Below are positions 12,910 to 26,443 of a stretch of DNA of 64,000 bases, one piece after another; positions within the stretch are counted from its first letter, which is position 1, and each line of letters opens with the position of its first letter. The translations under genes and the position numbers were made by a program. The DNA comes from Anthoceros angustus (lineage: Eukaryota > Plantae > Anthocerotophyta). The stretch covers positions 60,512-124,511 of the forward strand of contig MU008229.1 in NCBI GenBank assembly GCA_010909165.1, in the 5' to 3' direction. Under the pieces are notes generated by a model. It saw only the letters and a program-made list of their open reading frames with translations. It did no database searches and was not told the origin of the DNA.

Positions 12910-15900
12910 GTTGGCGTCCCGCCAACTTATAATACTTCTTGACCCTCCACCCATTGACTCGGGTTGGTGGAGTCACCTAACTCTTGCGGTTGTCTTGAGC
13001 CATTCTTGAAGACTTGAGAACTTTGTATGGCCCCATCCATCGAAGGTGGAGCTTGCGGAAAGTGCATGTACCTATTGTCGTCAATGAGGCCAAGTCACGG
13101 AACTACCCACTCTTGCTTGCAATGATTGTCATGCCATATTTTCCGTTTCTTTGAATATCACGCATGACTCAGCGCGTTCCCCTATCCTCTGTATGTTTAG
13201 CGAAGGCGACCCGGCGTTCGGTGACTTTCCTCTCGCCATGCGGTTAGTTTCGGATACGCGGTGGGAATTTCAAACTCAATAGGCATTCTGGGAGAATGGC
13301 GTAGGTGAGGTAGTACGGTGTTTGTTGCGTTGTTATTTTCTCTGCGATCCTGTATGCCCAGGCGGAGTGAAGCTTAAGATCCCATCGTGCGTATTCCACC
13401 GTTAGCTTGTTGAGGATCACGCACAAGAGCCATTCGCCTTTTCCGTTAAGCCATTTGCCTTGGGATTATAAGGAGTCGTTTTCTGTGGCGACGTTGAAGT
13501 AGATCGTCATATGAGATATAACCGTTGACGAAATGTGACCCTCATCGTGACAAGCTCAAGGGCACCATATCGGTGATAATCATTCATAGAGGAACTGGCC
13601 ACTACATGGCATGTCTACAGTGCTTGGGCTTCCACCATACGCGTGCAATAGTCGTGGCCACGAGGATGTATTGGTTTTGTCGCGTCCTCGTTTTGGTATG
13701 GGACCAACAAAGTCTATTCCCCATTTCTCGAATGGCGCGGGGCCAATATCGGAACCATTGGCCATTGAGTGGTTGCAGACGGTTTCCCAACCCTCGGCGA
13801 GCATCGCGTTTAACAAACTCCTAGCATCACGATGCATGGTTTGCCACCCGGTACCCGTTTCAAGCACCTTCTTGCACGTGATATGCGGCAAAATGTCCTC
13901 CGCTTCCCCTCGTGCATCTCGTCTTTCGGATAACTTTGCTCCTTGTTACCCATAACTTTGTCCGCCCATCCGGTCCCGATCTGATTGTCTTTGCGTCGTA
14001 CAAGCGGGCGAATAGTGCCTAAGCGCTTTGCCATGGGGTTTGAAAGATCCGATGGTATTTTCCCGTTTCCAAGAATTCCATCATCTCCTCGTGAGTGGGC
14101 CTTGTGTATCCGTTCTCCCTTCTCATTTCTGCCGAGCCACCATTTACCCTCGCCTTATGGTTGGTGCCGCCCCCCTCTAACTCATGAGCAGGCTTCGCCG
14201 GGAAAATCGTCGTTTTGGTCTGTAACCTCCTCTGTTTTCACCTCGAAATGTAATCTGCATTCACATGTTTACTCCCTCCTCTGGTCTCCACCGTGAGCGT
14301 GAATTCTTGCGGGAGTAGGATCCATCTTGCTATGCGTCCGGACAAGTCGGTTTGTTTACCGGTGTTTGAGGAAGTGGTCCACATGGAAGGCGAACTCGTG
14401 GGATAGCAAATAGTGGCGAAACTTGCGAACCGAGTACACCATCCCTAGCGCCTCCCTCTCGGTGGTGGTATACTTCTTCTGCGTGGTGCCTCCACATAAT
14501 AGATTGGATAATCGTGCTTCTTGTCATCCCTTTGGCTTAGAATGGTACCGATTGCATAGGAAAACGTCTACAAACACGTGGAACTTCTTGTTCCGGTCGG
14601 CCCCGCAGCGTGGGTCTTTGTGATCGGTGGTCGAAGATCATTGAAGGCCTCCTCTCGTTTTGCGTCCATTCCACTCCACGGTCCTTGCGAAGCAATTACG
14701 TAGCGGGCGCCTTACGGAGAAATTCTTCACAAACCTTGATAATAGCCTACCATTCAGGAATCCCTAAGCTCCTTGATTGTGGTAGGTGGCTTGAGGCGGT
14801 AATGATTTTGACCTTATCGGGTCGACCTCTATCCCCAGCAATCACGGTGCCCCAACAAAATACCCTCGGCATGCCGAAATAACATTTCTCGGGATGTAGA
14901 CACAATTGGGTCTTGACACCGTTCGGACATTTGCGAAGGTGGTTGAGGTGATCTTGTTGCTCAAACACGCGAAGTCATCCGGAAGACCTCCATGAAGTCC
15001 CTAAGGTATTCCTTGAAAATCTTGACAAGTCGCATGAAGGATCACGGTGCCCTGTTAATCGAGCAGCGCTCCGTTTGTAGGCATAGGTTCCCGATCTGTA
15101 GTGAAGGCATTGTGGCCAATCACTCTCCACGAGATGTGGTGGTTATACCGAATACCCATCCGAGGAGCAGGTAGACCATTCTCCCTGCAACTAAGTCCGA
15201 TTATGTTGTCTATGAATGGAAGCGGGTAATGGTCTTTTTGGTCACCTTGTTTAACTTCCTCCAATCACAGCGGACCGTATCTTCCCTTACGCTTTTTGGG
15301 AACCACCACAATTGGGGCTACCCACTCCGATGTCACAATAGGATATATGGCGTCAGCGCAGTAGAGCTCAATTGTTCCTTTACCTTGAATACTTTGGATT
15401 TAGCTTGTATTGCGTGTCCGGCACACCGGCTCGAGATCAATCTTGTGCTCCCCACTCCTCGGTATACCCTTCATATGCACGTCAAAAGCAAAACGTGGAT
15501 AAATTCCGCCAACGTTTCATACCCCTTTCCAAGTCTGCATTCATCCTGTTCGAAAACTTAAGGACCTTGCGGGCAACACTTCCACATCCTTGACCTCATC
15601 CGTCATGCCACTCTCTCTCCACCGGCGGATGTGATGCGAACCCTTCCTCCGGTCTTGGTTCTCCTTGGCGCATTCCCCATTCCGGAATAGGTCGTCGAGG
15701 TAAAGCGTGAGACACCCTCCTCGCACCCTCCGAAGTTTGTCGGATCGTCGCTCCGGCTCGACCACCTCTACTTCTTGTTCCTCGACCTCGTCCTGGTCTC
15801 CTCGATCCGACCACGGGTTGTCAATTGTGACTCCATAGCACCCTAATAGGTTGATGGAATGGGAATATCTCTCCGTGTCGTCCTCTTCATCGACCACGAA

Positions 15901-16200
15901 ATATGCGAATGGGAATTTCTCCTTCTCATCCTCTCCCAGGTATCTTGAGGTGTATCCCTCCGTTTGTGGGTGTCTCCCTGCGTATCTGCTCCAAGTCAAA
16001 CATATCCTTCCTCCTTAATTTTGGGGTCCCAGTCCGGTTTGAATCCACTTCCTTTCTCGCCCCATTTGAAGGTGCAACGTGCCCCATACATCCATGTTCG
16101 TCAATGAGAACCTCATACCTGGCGCTTTTGTTTAATGACCACGTAGTCCATGAGGTGCGGAATGGTACCAATATGGGTTAGGACTCCGTCGGCTCCCCTA
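12910..16200 (-). pseudogene. Frameshifted pol (PR-RT-RH-INT)
   Basis: Fragments: VLIDEHG (protease-like, about 16100), KDHYPLPFIDNI (15055-15264), HLNHL...LHPEKCYFG (14747-14968), GGHF...VLETG zinc-finger region, WGIDFVGP (13580-13891), WDLKLHSAWAYR...TPYYLTY (13244-13426). Many indels. Confidence 0.85.
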
Positions 16201-19040
16201 CGGCGCCATTTTGGACATGTCCGCCAACACCTTTGATGTATGTTCTATCGCAACCCAAGCTTAGGCGGTCTCCTCTGTCATGATGTTGACTCGACCCGGA
16301 ATCTAGCGGCACCTTCTTGATTACACATCCATAATTTCTATCAGCTCCGACCACAGTCCATCATGGCCACCATATTCACAGAGGGTTTTCGGCCTTGGGG
16401 TGGAAAGGTTCTCTCTTCTTGGGTTGTGCCGCCTTCAATGCCCCAGTTCTTTGGCGGCGGTACGGATTATGAGAAGGTCGTTATCATGAACTTTTGGTCC
16501 ATGATAGCGTCAAATTGAAAGGAACACTGTGCTTTCTGTTTCTCCTTGCCAACCCCACCGTCATTTTCGCAGCGCGGTAGCTTTTTGAGATGTTGCGGTC
16601 GTTGAAACAGTGGCGGTAGGTGGGTCGGTGGGTCGATGGCCAAAATACGGTCATTCGATTCTTGTCGGATCATATCCATAACCTTCCCGACGCCGGCGGA
16701 AGCGACTCATCCTTTTTCCTCTTGCGGGTTTTCGCCCCATGTGTCGACTCGAGTCCCACTGCCGTCCATTTGTCCTCGTTTGCACTTCACCCTCGAATCC
16801 AGCGGTCTCGGCTGCTAAGGAGTTACACAGATGCCATCCGAAATCGCAACCCTCGCGTTAAGTGTGGCGTTCGTGCCTTGCTCCCGTCCTGGATTCGCAT
16901 GCCCTTTTCTTTTTCGGCGGCTCCCATCACAGTCCATCATGGCCACCATATTCACAGCAAGGGATTTCGGCCTTGGGGTGGAAAGGTTCCGTCTCTTCTT
17001 GGGTTGTGCCGCCTTCAATGCCCCACCAGTTCTTTGGCGATCGCGGATTGTCCACGAGGTCAATCGTTATCATGAACTTTTGGTCCATGATAGCGTCGTA
17101 AATTGAAAGGAACACTGTGCTTTCTGTTTCTCCACCGTCATTTTCGCAACATGATGGCTGTTTGATGTTGCGGTCGTTGAAACAGTGGCGGTAGGTGGGT
17201 CGTGGGTCGATGGCCAAAATGCAGTTCGGTCATTCGATTCTTGTCGGATCATATCCATAACCTTCCCGACATCGGGCGGAAGCGACTCATCCTTTTTCCT
17301 CTTGCGGGTTTTCGCCCCATGTGTCGACTCGAGTCCCGCTTGTCCTCGTTTGCACTTCACCCTCGAATCCAGCGGTCTCGGTGCTAAGGGAGTTACACAG
17401 ATGCCATCCGAAATCGCAACCCTCGCGTTAAGTGTGGCGTTCGTGCCTTGCTCCCGTCATTTATTCATGCCCTTTTCTTTTTCGGCGACTCCCATACGAG
17501 TCCCTCGTCGTTTTGTGGTTGGACTTCTCTTCCTTCCCGCTTTGATGAAGGCGCCTCTTCCTCCTCACTTGCGGACGTTATGGAGCTCCCACTCCGTTCT
17601 TCTTCCTTTTTCCCTCGCTCCCCTTCTTGGGGTGTCCCTTCCTCCATGTCTTGGTTCTCCTTCGCGCATTCCCCATTCCGGAATAGGTCGTCGAGGTAAA
17701 GCGTGAGACACCCTCCTCGCACCCTCAGTTTGTCCGGATCGTCGCTCCCGACCACCTCTACTTCTTGTTCCTCGACCTCGTCCTTCTCCTCGATCCACCA
17801 CCGGGTTGTCAATTGTGACTCCATAGCACCCTAATAGGTTGATGGAATGGGAATATCTCTCCGGTAATCGTCCTCTTCATCGACCACGAAATATGCGAAT
17901 GGGAATTTCTCCTTCTCATCCTCTCCCAGGTATCTTGAGGTGTATCCCTCCGTTTCGTGGGTGTCTCCCAGTCTCTGCTCCAAGTCAAACATATCCTTCC
18001 TCCTTAATTTTGGGGTCCCAGTCGGTTTGAATCCCACTTCCTTTCTCGCCCCATTTGAAGGTGCAACGTGCCCCATACATCCATGTTCGTCAATGAGAAC
18101 CTCATACCACAGCGCTTTTTGTTTAATGACCACGTAGTCCATGAGGTGCGGAATGGTACCAATATGGGTTAGGACTCCGTCGGCTCCCCTACGGCGCCAT
18201 TTTGGACATGTCCGCCGCAACACCTTTGATGTATGTTCTATCACAACCCAAGCTTAGGCGGTCTCCTCTGTCATGATGTTGACTCGACCCGGAATCTAGC
18301 GGCACCTTCTTGATTACACATCCATAATTTCTATCTGTAGCTCCGCGGACAGTCCATCATGGCCACCATATTCACAGCAAGGGTTTTCGGCCTTGGGGTG
18401 GAAAGGTTCTCTCTTCTTGGGTTGTGCCGCCTTCAATGCCCCAGTTCTTTGGCGGTGCGGATTGTCCAGAAGCTGTCAAAACGTTATCATGAACTTTTGG
18501 TCCATGATAGCGTCCAAATTGAAAGGAACACTGTGCTTTCTGTTTCTCCTTGCCAACCCCACCGTCATTTTCGCAGCGCGGTAGCTGAGATGTTGCGGTC
18601 GTTGAAGCAGGCGGCGGTAGGTGGGTCGTGGGTCGATGGCCAAAATACGGTCATTCGATTCTTGTCGGATCATATCCATAACCTTCCCGACGCCGGAAGC
18701 GACTCATCCTTTTTCCTCTTGCGGGTTTTCGCCCCATGTGTCGACTCGAGTCCCGTCTGTCCTCGTTTGCACTTCACCCTCGAATCCAGCGGTCTCGGCT
18801 AAGGGAGTTACACTGTGATGCCATCCGAAATCGCAACCCTCGCGTTAAGTGTGGCGTTTGCCTTGCTCCCGTCCTGGATTCGCATGCCCTTTTCTTTTTC
18901 GGCGACTCCCATCTGAGTCCCTCGTCGGGTGGTTGGACTTCTCTTCCTTCCCGCTTTGATGAAGCGCCTCTTCCTCCTCACTTGCGGACGTTATGGAGCT
19001 CCCACTCCGTTCTTCTTCCTTTTTCCCTCGCTCCCCTTCT
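15655..19040. repeat. Nested tandem duplications in the gag-PR spacer (A B B' C A' B'' C')
   Basis: About 16353-16927 repeats at 16928-17495, and about 15655-17647 repeats (without the inner duplication) at 17648-19040. Copies differ by many small indels. Confidence 0.85.
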
Positions 19041-19049
19041 TAGGGTGTC

Positions 19050-20750
19050 CGCCTTCCTCTCGCCGCTCCGTGTCCGAGCGACCATCGCGGGAGTTCCGTA
19101 ATACCCACTATCCACATCCCCAACCCTTCCGGGCTCCTCGTCGCCTCGGAATCCTCCCATACTGACCATGGCGCATCTTGACTTGCATTGCGGCAGCGGG
19201 CTTTCTTTATGCGGGGGTGGGTCGCCGTAACCGGAGGTTGAGCGATCCTCACTGTTTTCGGTGTCTGGCGGAGGGGCAGCTGCCCGGCTCGTGATTGCTT
19301 GCGGTCCACACACGACCTTTCAAAATCACCATTCCCAGGCGAGATGCGGAGGGGCATCCAGCAAGATGCGAACCCTCGGCAATTGTAACAGGCGGCACTC
19401 ATTTGCGGGTTCCTTGCCATCGATTGCGAATGCCCATGCACGTGGGGTTTTCGCAAACTCGAGGTACAAAGTTTTGGTACCGAGATCGGTGTTGCCTCTT
19501 GAATTTGGTATGTATCTTCCAAGCACATCTCCTCATCCTCTCCTCGTAGCCAGTGGTTGCACTTTTGTTTGTGGGCGATTCGACCTCGAGTGCCCTCATC
19601 CACAAGTTGAGCGAAGAGATTCGCCCGCGCTCCGGTAGCAACCCTTCTTCTATCATGGTCCTTGATGGCATTAAGATGGAGTTTCTCGGTTTGACCATCA
19701 TTTCCTCCATCTTGTTCCCTTGTTGCTCCACTTTTTGGCTCTTTGTTTCCACCTCTCTTCTCACACTCCGCGTCCTTTCGTGCATATAGCTCCTTCCCTT
19801 TTGCACGTCGTCTTGTTTCCCGATCATTTTTCCCTTCTTCCTTCTATCCCTTGATTGCGCTCACCTTGAATTCTCCTCGAATCCTCATTGGTCTCCTCTT
19901 CCATGGAGCTACCGAGTCGGTTGAAAACTATCCTCCTCCGCAGGCATCGGACGAATAGTACTTCTTCTTCTTTTGTATTTCTTTTTGTCCTTTGCGCCCT
20001 TGTTGAGTTCTTCTTCTCTTCGCGTTGGACTCCTCATAGTTCGAGCCTTTAATCGCCCGATCCAAATCTTTCGGCTGGAGGCATACGTGCCTTCCCATCT
20101 CGCGCCCAATCCTCTTGCAAACCGGTGAATGGCCATTAGCTCAGTGCGGACCGGCCCGATCCGTGGGTGGAACCTTTCCACATAAGCTGCGGTGTCTCCT
20201 TCTTCCTCTCCGCAATCCCTCGAGTTTGGACAAGACATATCCTTCCACATCGACCCCTCAGACCTTTCACAAAAGCTCTCTTCAAGGCCCCAAAGTAGGC
20301 GGGGTGTGGCGGAAGCTATGTACTCCGCTTGTACCACTTGGCCGCTCGCGTAAGACTCCATAAAGCAGTGGGCACGATCGCATCCTCACGGTTGTGGCGT
20401 CAGCGCTCAAAGCGCTCGACAAACTCGTCGGGATCCTCATGGCCCTTCTTTTCTCCGTACAGCGGGTAAGATTGTAGTAATGTGACGAGATGCAGCCATA
20501 ACTACGGGTAGTACTTTCAGCAGCTCGGTGTTGTGGCCAGCCACTACGTGCGTGACCTCTACATTCACAGTTTGGGCGGGACGCAGGATCTAGGCAATCG
20601 GGCGAGATCAAAAGACAAGGTGGGATCGGGGTACGGCCCCTTGTACCGTAGTCGAGTTGGGAATCGAATCCGTTAAGATCCGATCCCTAGTTAGAGTTGA
20701 CTCCTGCCCCTTCCTCGTCCGGTGTGATCTCCGCCGTGCTCTCCTCGTAA
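19050..20750 (-). pseudogene. Frameshifted gag (partly duplicated at about 21541-22700)
   Basis: Minus-strand fragments YGEKKGHEDPDEFV, AAKWYK, AYVERFHPRIG (Retrotrans_gag-like) and a CYNC zinc-knuckle remnant near 19400. Confidence 0.68.
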
Positions 20751-23445
20751 CTCTCTCGCAATCTTTCCATTGCTTGGCGTTGCCGTCTTGCGAGCGTTTC
20801 CCCAGTCGGATCGAATCGCTTGTCTCCACCGAGGCATCCATCAATCTAGTAATGCTAGACTCTCGTAAGCTATGGTTAGTCCTTCTCGTCCTTGTGATTC
20901 CATTCCCGACAGCGCCAAAATGTGGAGTGTGGATTCGTGTCCGGGGACACCGTGAGGTCCACATTCACCCTCAATGTCGTTGTAGGCTTAGGATTCGCTC
21001 CCAAGGGAATGGTTTGTGCCGAGGCGCTAACTTCTATCGCTCGACCTTCACCTAAGTCAAGACTTACTATTACTCCTCTTACCTATCTACTCAACCACTA
21101 CTACCCCGACTTGTCCACTACCACTCTTATTCCACGACCGCAAATCTCATTCCACGGCCGCGGCTCTCACCGGTAGTTGCTTGACCACCGAGGTGGGTCC
21201 ACACCAAACCCTAGCGACTTATTTCCGGCGCGGATCCGCGTCCGCGGCGTGCCCGCGGATCCGTGCACTCCACACTTCATGCACACACACCGATTCCTAG
21301 GGACCTAAATTCCACAAATCCTCACCGCTCCACACACACACAAAGGCGCCACACTCACACAACTTTACAAGGAGCATGTTCCCTTGTGCCTTCCCGTGAC
21401 CGGTTTGGTTTCTTTTGGATTCACACAATCTCCCTGCTAGCCTCTCAATTAGTTCCCTTCTCAACCTCTCACACCTCGCCAGCGTTGTTTAGTCACTCCT
21501 TCACCCAATCTTCTCCCTCTCTCTCTCTCTCCCTCAATTCGCCGCGCTCCGGTAGCAACCCTTCTTCTATCATGGTCCTTGATGGCATTAAGATGGAGTT
21601 TCTCGGTTTGACCATCATTTCCTCCATCTTGTTCCCTTGTTGCTCCACTTTTTGGCTCTTTGTTTCCACCTCTCTTCTCACACTCCGCGTCCTTTCGTGC
21701 ATATAGCGCTCCTTCCCTTTTGCACGTCGTCTTGTTTCCGATCATTTTTCCCTTCTTCCTTCTATCCCTTGATTGCGCTCACCTTCTTCTCCTCCGAATC
21801 ATTGGTCTCCTCTTCCATGGAGCTACCCAGGAGTCGGTTGAAAACTATCCTCCTCCGCAGGCATCGCCGGACGAATAGTACTTCTTCTTCTTTTGTATTT
21901 CTTTTTGTCCTTCCGTGCGCCCTTGTTCGAGTTCTTCTTCTCTTCCGCGTTGGACTCCTCATAGTTCGGGCGCTTTAATCGCCCGATCCAAATCTTTCTC
22001 GACTGGACGCTTCCCATCTCCGCGCCAATCCTCTTGCAAACCGGTGAATGGCCATTAGCTCAGTGCGGACCGGCCCGATCCGTGGGTGGAACCTTTCCAC
22101 ATAAGCTGCGTGTCTCCTTCTTCCTCTCTGATCCCTCGAGTTTGGACAAGACATATCCTTCCACATCGACCCCTCACAGATCTTTCACAAAAGCTCTCTT
22201 CAAGGCCCCAAAGTAGGCGGGGTGTGGCGGAAGCTATGTACTCCGCTTGTACCACTTGGCGCCGCTCGCGTAAGACTCCATAAAGCATTTGGGCACGATC
22301 GCATCCTCACGGTTGTGGCGTCAAGCTCAAAAGCTCGACAAACTCGTCGGGATCCTCATGGCCCTTCTTTTCTCCGTACAGCGGGTAAGATTGCTTAGTA
22401 GTAACGAGCAGATCGCCATAACTACGGTAGTACTTTCAACTGCGGTTGCCAGCCACTAAATGCGGGTGACCTCTACATTCACGGTTGGTCAGATTGGGCA
22501 ATTCTGGGCGAGATCAAAAGACAAGGTGGGATCGGGTACGGCCCCGCCGCTCGTAGTCGAGTTGGGAATCGAATCCGTTAAGATCCGATCCCTAGTTCCA
22601 GTTGACTCCTGCCCCTTCCTCGTCCGGCAAGTGTGATCTCCGTGCTCTCCTCGTAACTCTCTGCAATCTTTCCATTGCTTGGCGTTGCCGTCTTGCGAGC
22701 GTTTCCAGTCGGATCGAATCGCTTGTCTCCACCGAGGCATCCATCAATCTAGTAATGCTAGACTCTCGTAAGCTAGGGTTAGTCCTTCTCGTCCTTGATT
22801 CCATTCCCGACAGCGCCAAAATGTGGAGTGTGGATTCGTGTCCGGGGACACCGTGAGGTCCACATTCACCCTCAATGTCGTTGTAGGCTTAGGATTCGCT
22901 CCCAAGGGAATGGTTTGTGCCGAGGCGCTAACTTCTATCGCTCGACCTTCACCTAAGTCAAGACTTACTATTACTCCTCTTACCTATCTACTCAACCACT
23001 ACTACCCCGACTTGTCCACTACCACTCTTATTCCACGACCGCAAATCTCATTCCACGGCCGCGGCTCTCACCGGGTAGTTGCTTGACCACCGAGGTGGGT
23101 CCACACCAAACCCTAGCGACTTATTTCCGGCGCGGATCCGCGTCCGCGGCGTGCCCGCGGATCCGTGCACTCCACACTTCATGCACACACACCGATTCCT
23201 AGGGACCTAAATTCCACAAATCCTCACCGCTCCACACACACACAAAGGCGCCACACTCACACAACTTTACAAGGAGCATGTTCCCCTTGTGCCTTCCCGT
23301 GACCGGTTTGGTTTCTTTTGGATTCACACAAATCTCCCTGCTAGCCTCTCAATTAGTTCCCTTCTCAACCTCTCACACCTCGCCAGCGTTGTTTAGTCAC
23401 TCCTTCACCCAATCTTCTCCCTCTCTCTCTCTCTCCCTCAACTCG
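19624..23445. repeat. Tandem duplication of about 1.9 kb covering gag 5' part, PBS and the inner about 620 bp of the 5' LTR
   Basis: About 19624-21540 repeats at 21541-23445. The junction joins ccctcaattcgccgc to gcgctccggtagc through a short tcgcc-type microhomology. Confidence 0.88.
22804..22818 (-). promoter_or_regulatory. Primer-binding site (duplicate at 20903-20917), resembling the tRNA-Asp-type PBS of Athila
   Basis: The minus strand reads TGGCGCTGTCGGGAA 3 nt after the LTR end ...CACTCCACA. It is similar, with gaps, to the Athila-type TGGCGCCGTTGCCGGGGA. The tRNA assignment is tentative. Confidence 0.62.
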
Positions 23446-23849
23446 CCGCTTCCAACCATCCACTCAACACTTCTGCAATTGAACACAACTAGCGGGGACA
23501 AGTGTGAAGGAAAGAAGAACCCCAGGCGTCACGGCGGGCGTTACGAGCAAGCTCCGGACCGCGCCAATCCCTTGGTTTCCTCCTCCTTTGTCGGCCAAGA
23601 TTATCACCCCTCCTCCCCGGTGCGGAGCAAGCTCTCGACCACCCCTAGGGCGTCTCGCGCCACCGCCTCATCAATCGGACGTCTCCAACCAGCCACAGGC
23701 GTGGGGATCTCAACCGAGTGCTCGGCGTGAGGGACCTAGTCGCCCCTCTTATACATCGGTGGGGCACCACCGGATTTTAGGTCCTAAGATGGCTATCACG
23801 AAGGGACGCCCACATTCGGGCGATCCTAGGTCGGTCGACATCCTAACCA

Positions 23850-26300
23850 AATTATCTTTAGGTTGCTACCACCTCACCCCTCGCTGTCTGCGCGCCCTAC
23901 CTCGACTTGGCCGGCCTCGTCCTCCATTGCCGCCACGAGCTCTCACCTTGCCGTGGTGACGGGTTCTCCACACTACTTCCACCTCACATCGCTGCTGGGC
24001 GTCGAATTTGAGGTGTACCACCTGGGCTTCGCATCTTCCGGGCCTTTATTGCGAGGATTATTCACGGCTCCTCGTCCACCCAAGCTGGACCTCCTCCTCG
24101 CTCAACTCCTCCAAAGTCGCCTCCGCATAGGAGCCAACCCCACACCGGGCGCGGTGGTAGAACGCCGGGTCCTCACTTGCGATGGGTAGGCCACGATCCC
24201 TCCTATTTCCACACGCACATGGGCGGTGAGGTTAAGCCGCGCGTTCTCCATTCACATATAGACCCGGGCACATAAGTTTCCTCATCCATGTGCCGTAATA
24301 TAATAGGACCCCTGCTGCGGTGAGGTGCTTACCCCTCCTCCCGTAGGCTACAGTTGCTGGCCTATGTCCTCGGATCGCGCCTCGCATCCACGCCCGGCAC
24401 GCTTCCGGGTTGGTTGCGCCAATGTCGGTGGCGGTTTCGACTACGGTAGTGGACTCCGGCGTCGTTCGTTCGACAACGCGGTAGGTGAGGTTTCGGCTAC
24501 CTCGGTTCTTTGCTTCCTTCCGCTCGGTAGGCCCTTCCGCTACTCGATCGTGGTCACCGCTACCCTTCCCCTTCCCTTTGTCTTTTACGGGCCACGTGCC
24601 TCATCCGCTCCGCTTATATCGCTCCGCTAGCTTATGGGCCTTTTCCCGAGGCCGCTTCCACGCTCTGGGCTGCAACAACTCCCCCCACCATCTGGTTCGT
24701 CTGGGCATCCTTAATTTGAGCCATGAGTGCTTCCTGCCTCGTCATGGCTTGCAACTTCTCACAGGCCTGCACAAATCTTCTTGAATCTTGGCCCTTATTT
24801 CCTCTAGGTTCCGCTTGTCTTCCTCCGATTGCTTGCGCTTGGCCTCCTCTTCGTCAAACACGGCCTTCACCACTTCCTCCGTCGCCCCTGCCCAGGCGGT
24901 GAGAGCTAAAGCCGCTTGATCCAACAAACCGCTTGGGCCCGGATCATCGGCGTGGTCGGCTCACCCAAGTCCACTTGTTGTGGCGGCCCGCGACGCCATC
25001 CCTCGTCGAGAACTTTCCTCCCCAGTGCGCACCCTCACCAATTCGGTTGCATCCACCTCTGTTGCGGTGGAGTCCCTTGAAAATCTCTTCCCATCTTTGA
25101 GGAGGGTCCGCCTCGAGGTCGCCCTAAACCCTCGGAGTTGATTCATCATCGCATCCAGTCGGCAAAATTGTCCTCGGATCGCGCCTCCTCTTACACCTCA
25201 AGCTGCCGTTTGGCTTTCATTTTCATGGCGCGTTTTCGAGTGGTGACGCATCCGCCTTCACCTTTTTGATGCGCCTTTCACCCCGGTCTTCCTCCTTTTC
25301 TTTGGTGGGAATTTCCTTCTCCTCCTCCAGGCCCATGGACTCCCGGCTATCCGATTTTTCCTCCTTGGGCTCCTCCGCCTTCCATTTCACCTCCCTAACG
25401 GCTTCCACATGTGGAGGAGGCTACAATCTCCACCTCTGGCGGGGCAGTTAGCGTAAACATAAAGATGGACGAAATGGTGAGATTAGAGGGCGAGGCGGAG
25501 GAAATCAAGTTCAACCTCTCTTCACACAACTTGTCAAGAGAATTCGCTAATCGATCTTCGCCCCTTGACCACTTCATGAAGGAGCGGCAAGTGGTCGGAC
25601 AAATAATCCACTTCTTGTCTTTGCGAAACGCAAAACCACGGACCCATCAAGCTGCATTGCCAAATCCCTCGTCAACCGGCCGTTGGGTTCGCTGGTCGCC
25701 CGCTTTAACGGGCGGTGCTTGCGTGCTTCTTTTCTGGGCGGCTCCATCACCAACCCGCCTCCTCCTTGCCGCCCACCCTCTAACCGCTCCGGTCCCAATC
25801 CTGCGGCTTCGCTCTAAATCCCCTTTGGTTCATCCTTGGTGTGCGCACACTCCTGCACAGTCCAGTTCATGTAATTCCACCGCTCTTCCATGAAACCCGG
25901 CTTGACTCCTTCACAGCTCCCAGCTCGAACTTTCCAATGATCCATGTTCGGCCATTGGGCAAGCACAATTCGGTGGTGACCTTGGCGCCATCCCTCTCAC
26001 GGTCTTCACGGTCTCGCGCCACAAACCGCGCCACCTCGCTGCGAATTTCACGGAGGTCGGTCTCGAGTTCCTACCTCCTCGGCAAGGCGCGCTCTGTCGC
26101 GCCTTCCTCCTCTGCGTCGCGCCTCGCGATGTCGGCAGCGGGGTTGAGCTCCTTCCCTTCGTTGCGCCTCGCGCCTCCTGCGATCACGGTGCCCCGGAAC
26201 CCGGCTCCTCGACGTCGCGCTTGCCGTCGTCGCGCTCCCGCTCGCTCCGTCCGGCCGTTGCGCTCCGTTGTTTGAGCAGGATTACATCATTTCCTAGGGT
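23850..26300 (-). pseudogene. Decayed extra ORF inside the LTR (counterpart about 9350-12560), acidic and coiled-coil rich, unknown function
   Basis: Successive minus-strand frame fragments read as one charged protein in both LTRs: LETDLREIRSEV, KAEEPKEEKSD..EEEKEIPTKEKEED, EEVVKAVFDEEEAKRKQSEEDKRNLEEIRAKIQED, QEALMAQIKDA, YILRHMDEETYVPGLYVNGER, MEATLEELSEEEVQLGW. Boundaries approximate. Confidence 0.5.
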
Positions 26301-26434
26301 TAAGTTTCCCGGGTTCCCCTACTCTGTTAGACCTCTCGACCGCTTTCCCACATCCCAATCCACAACCCCACACTCATTCATTCTGCGCGTGACCCCAACT
26401 TATAGACTCTAATTATTCCAAACCCCCTATCTCA

Positions 26435-26443
26435 CATATATAG
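26435..26443 (-). promoter_or_regulatory. Candidate TATA box near the LTR 5' end (also 12663-12671)
   Basis: CTATATATG on the minus strand about 220 nt inside the LTR, in an AT-rich stretch upstream of the LTR-internal ORF. Present in both LTRs. Confidence 0.35.

Noticed and set aside
20903-20917. tRNA gene
   Set aside because: Only about 15 nt resembling a tRNA 3' end (…GCGCCA) with no cloverleaf; explained as the PBS.
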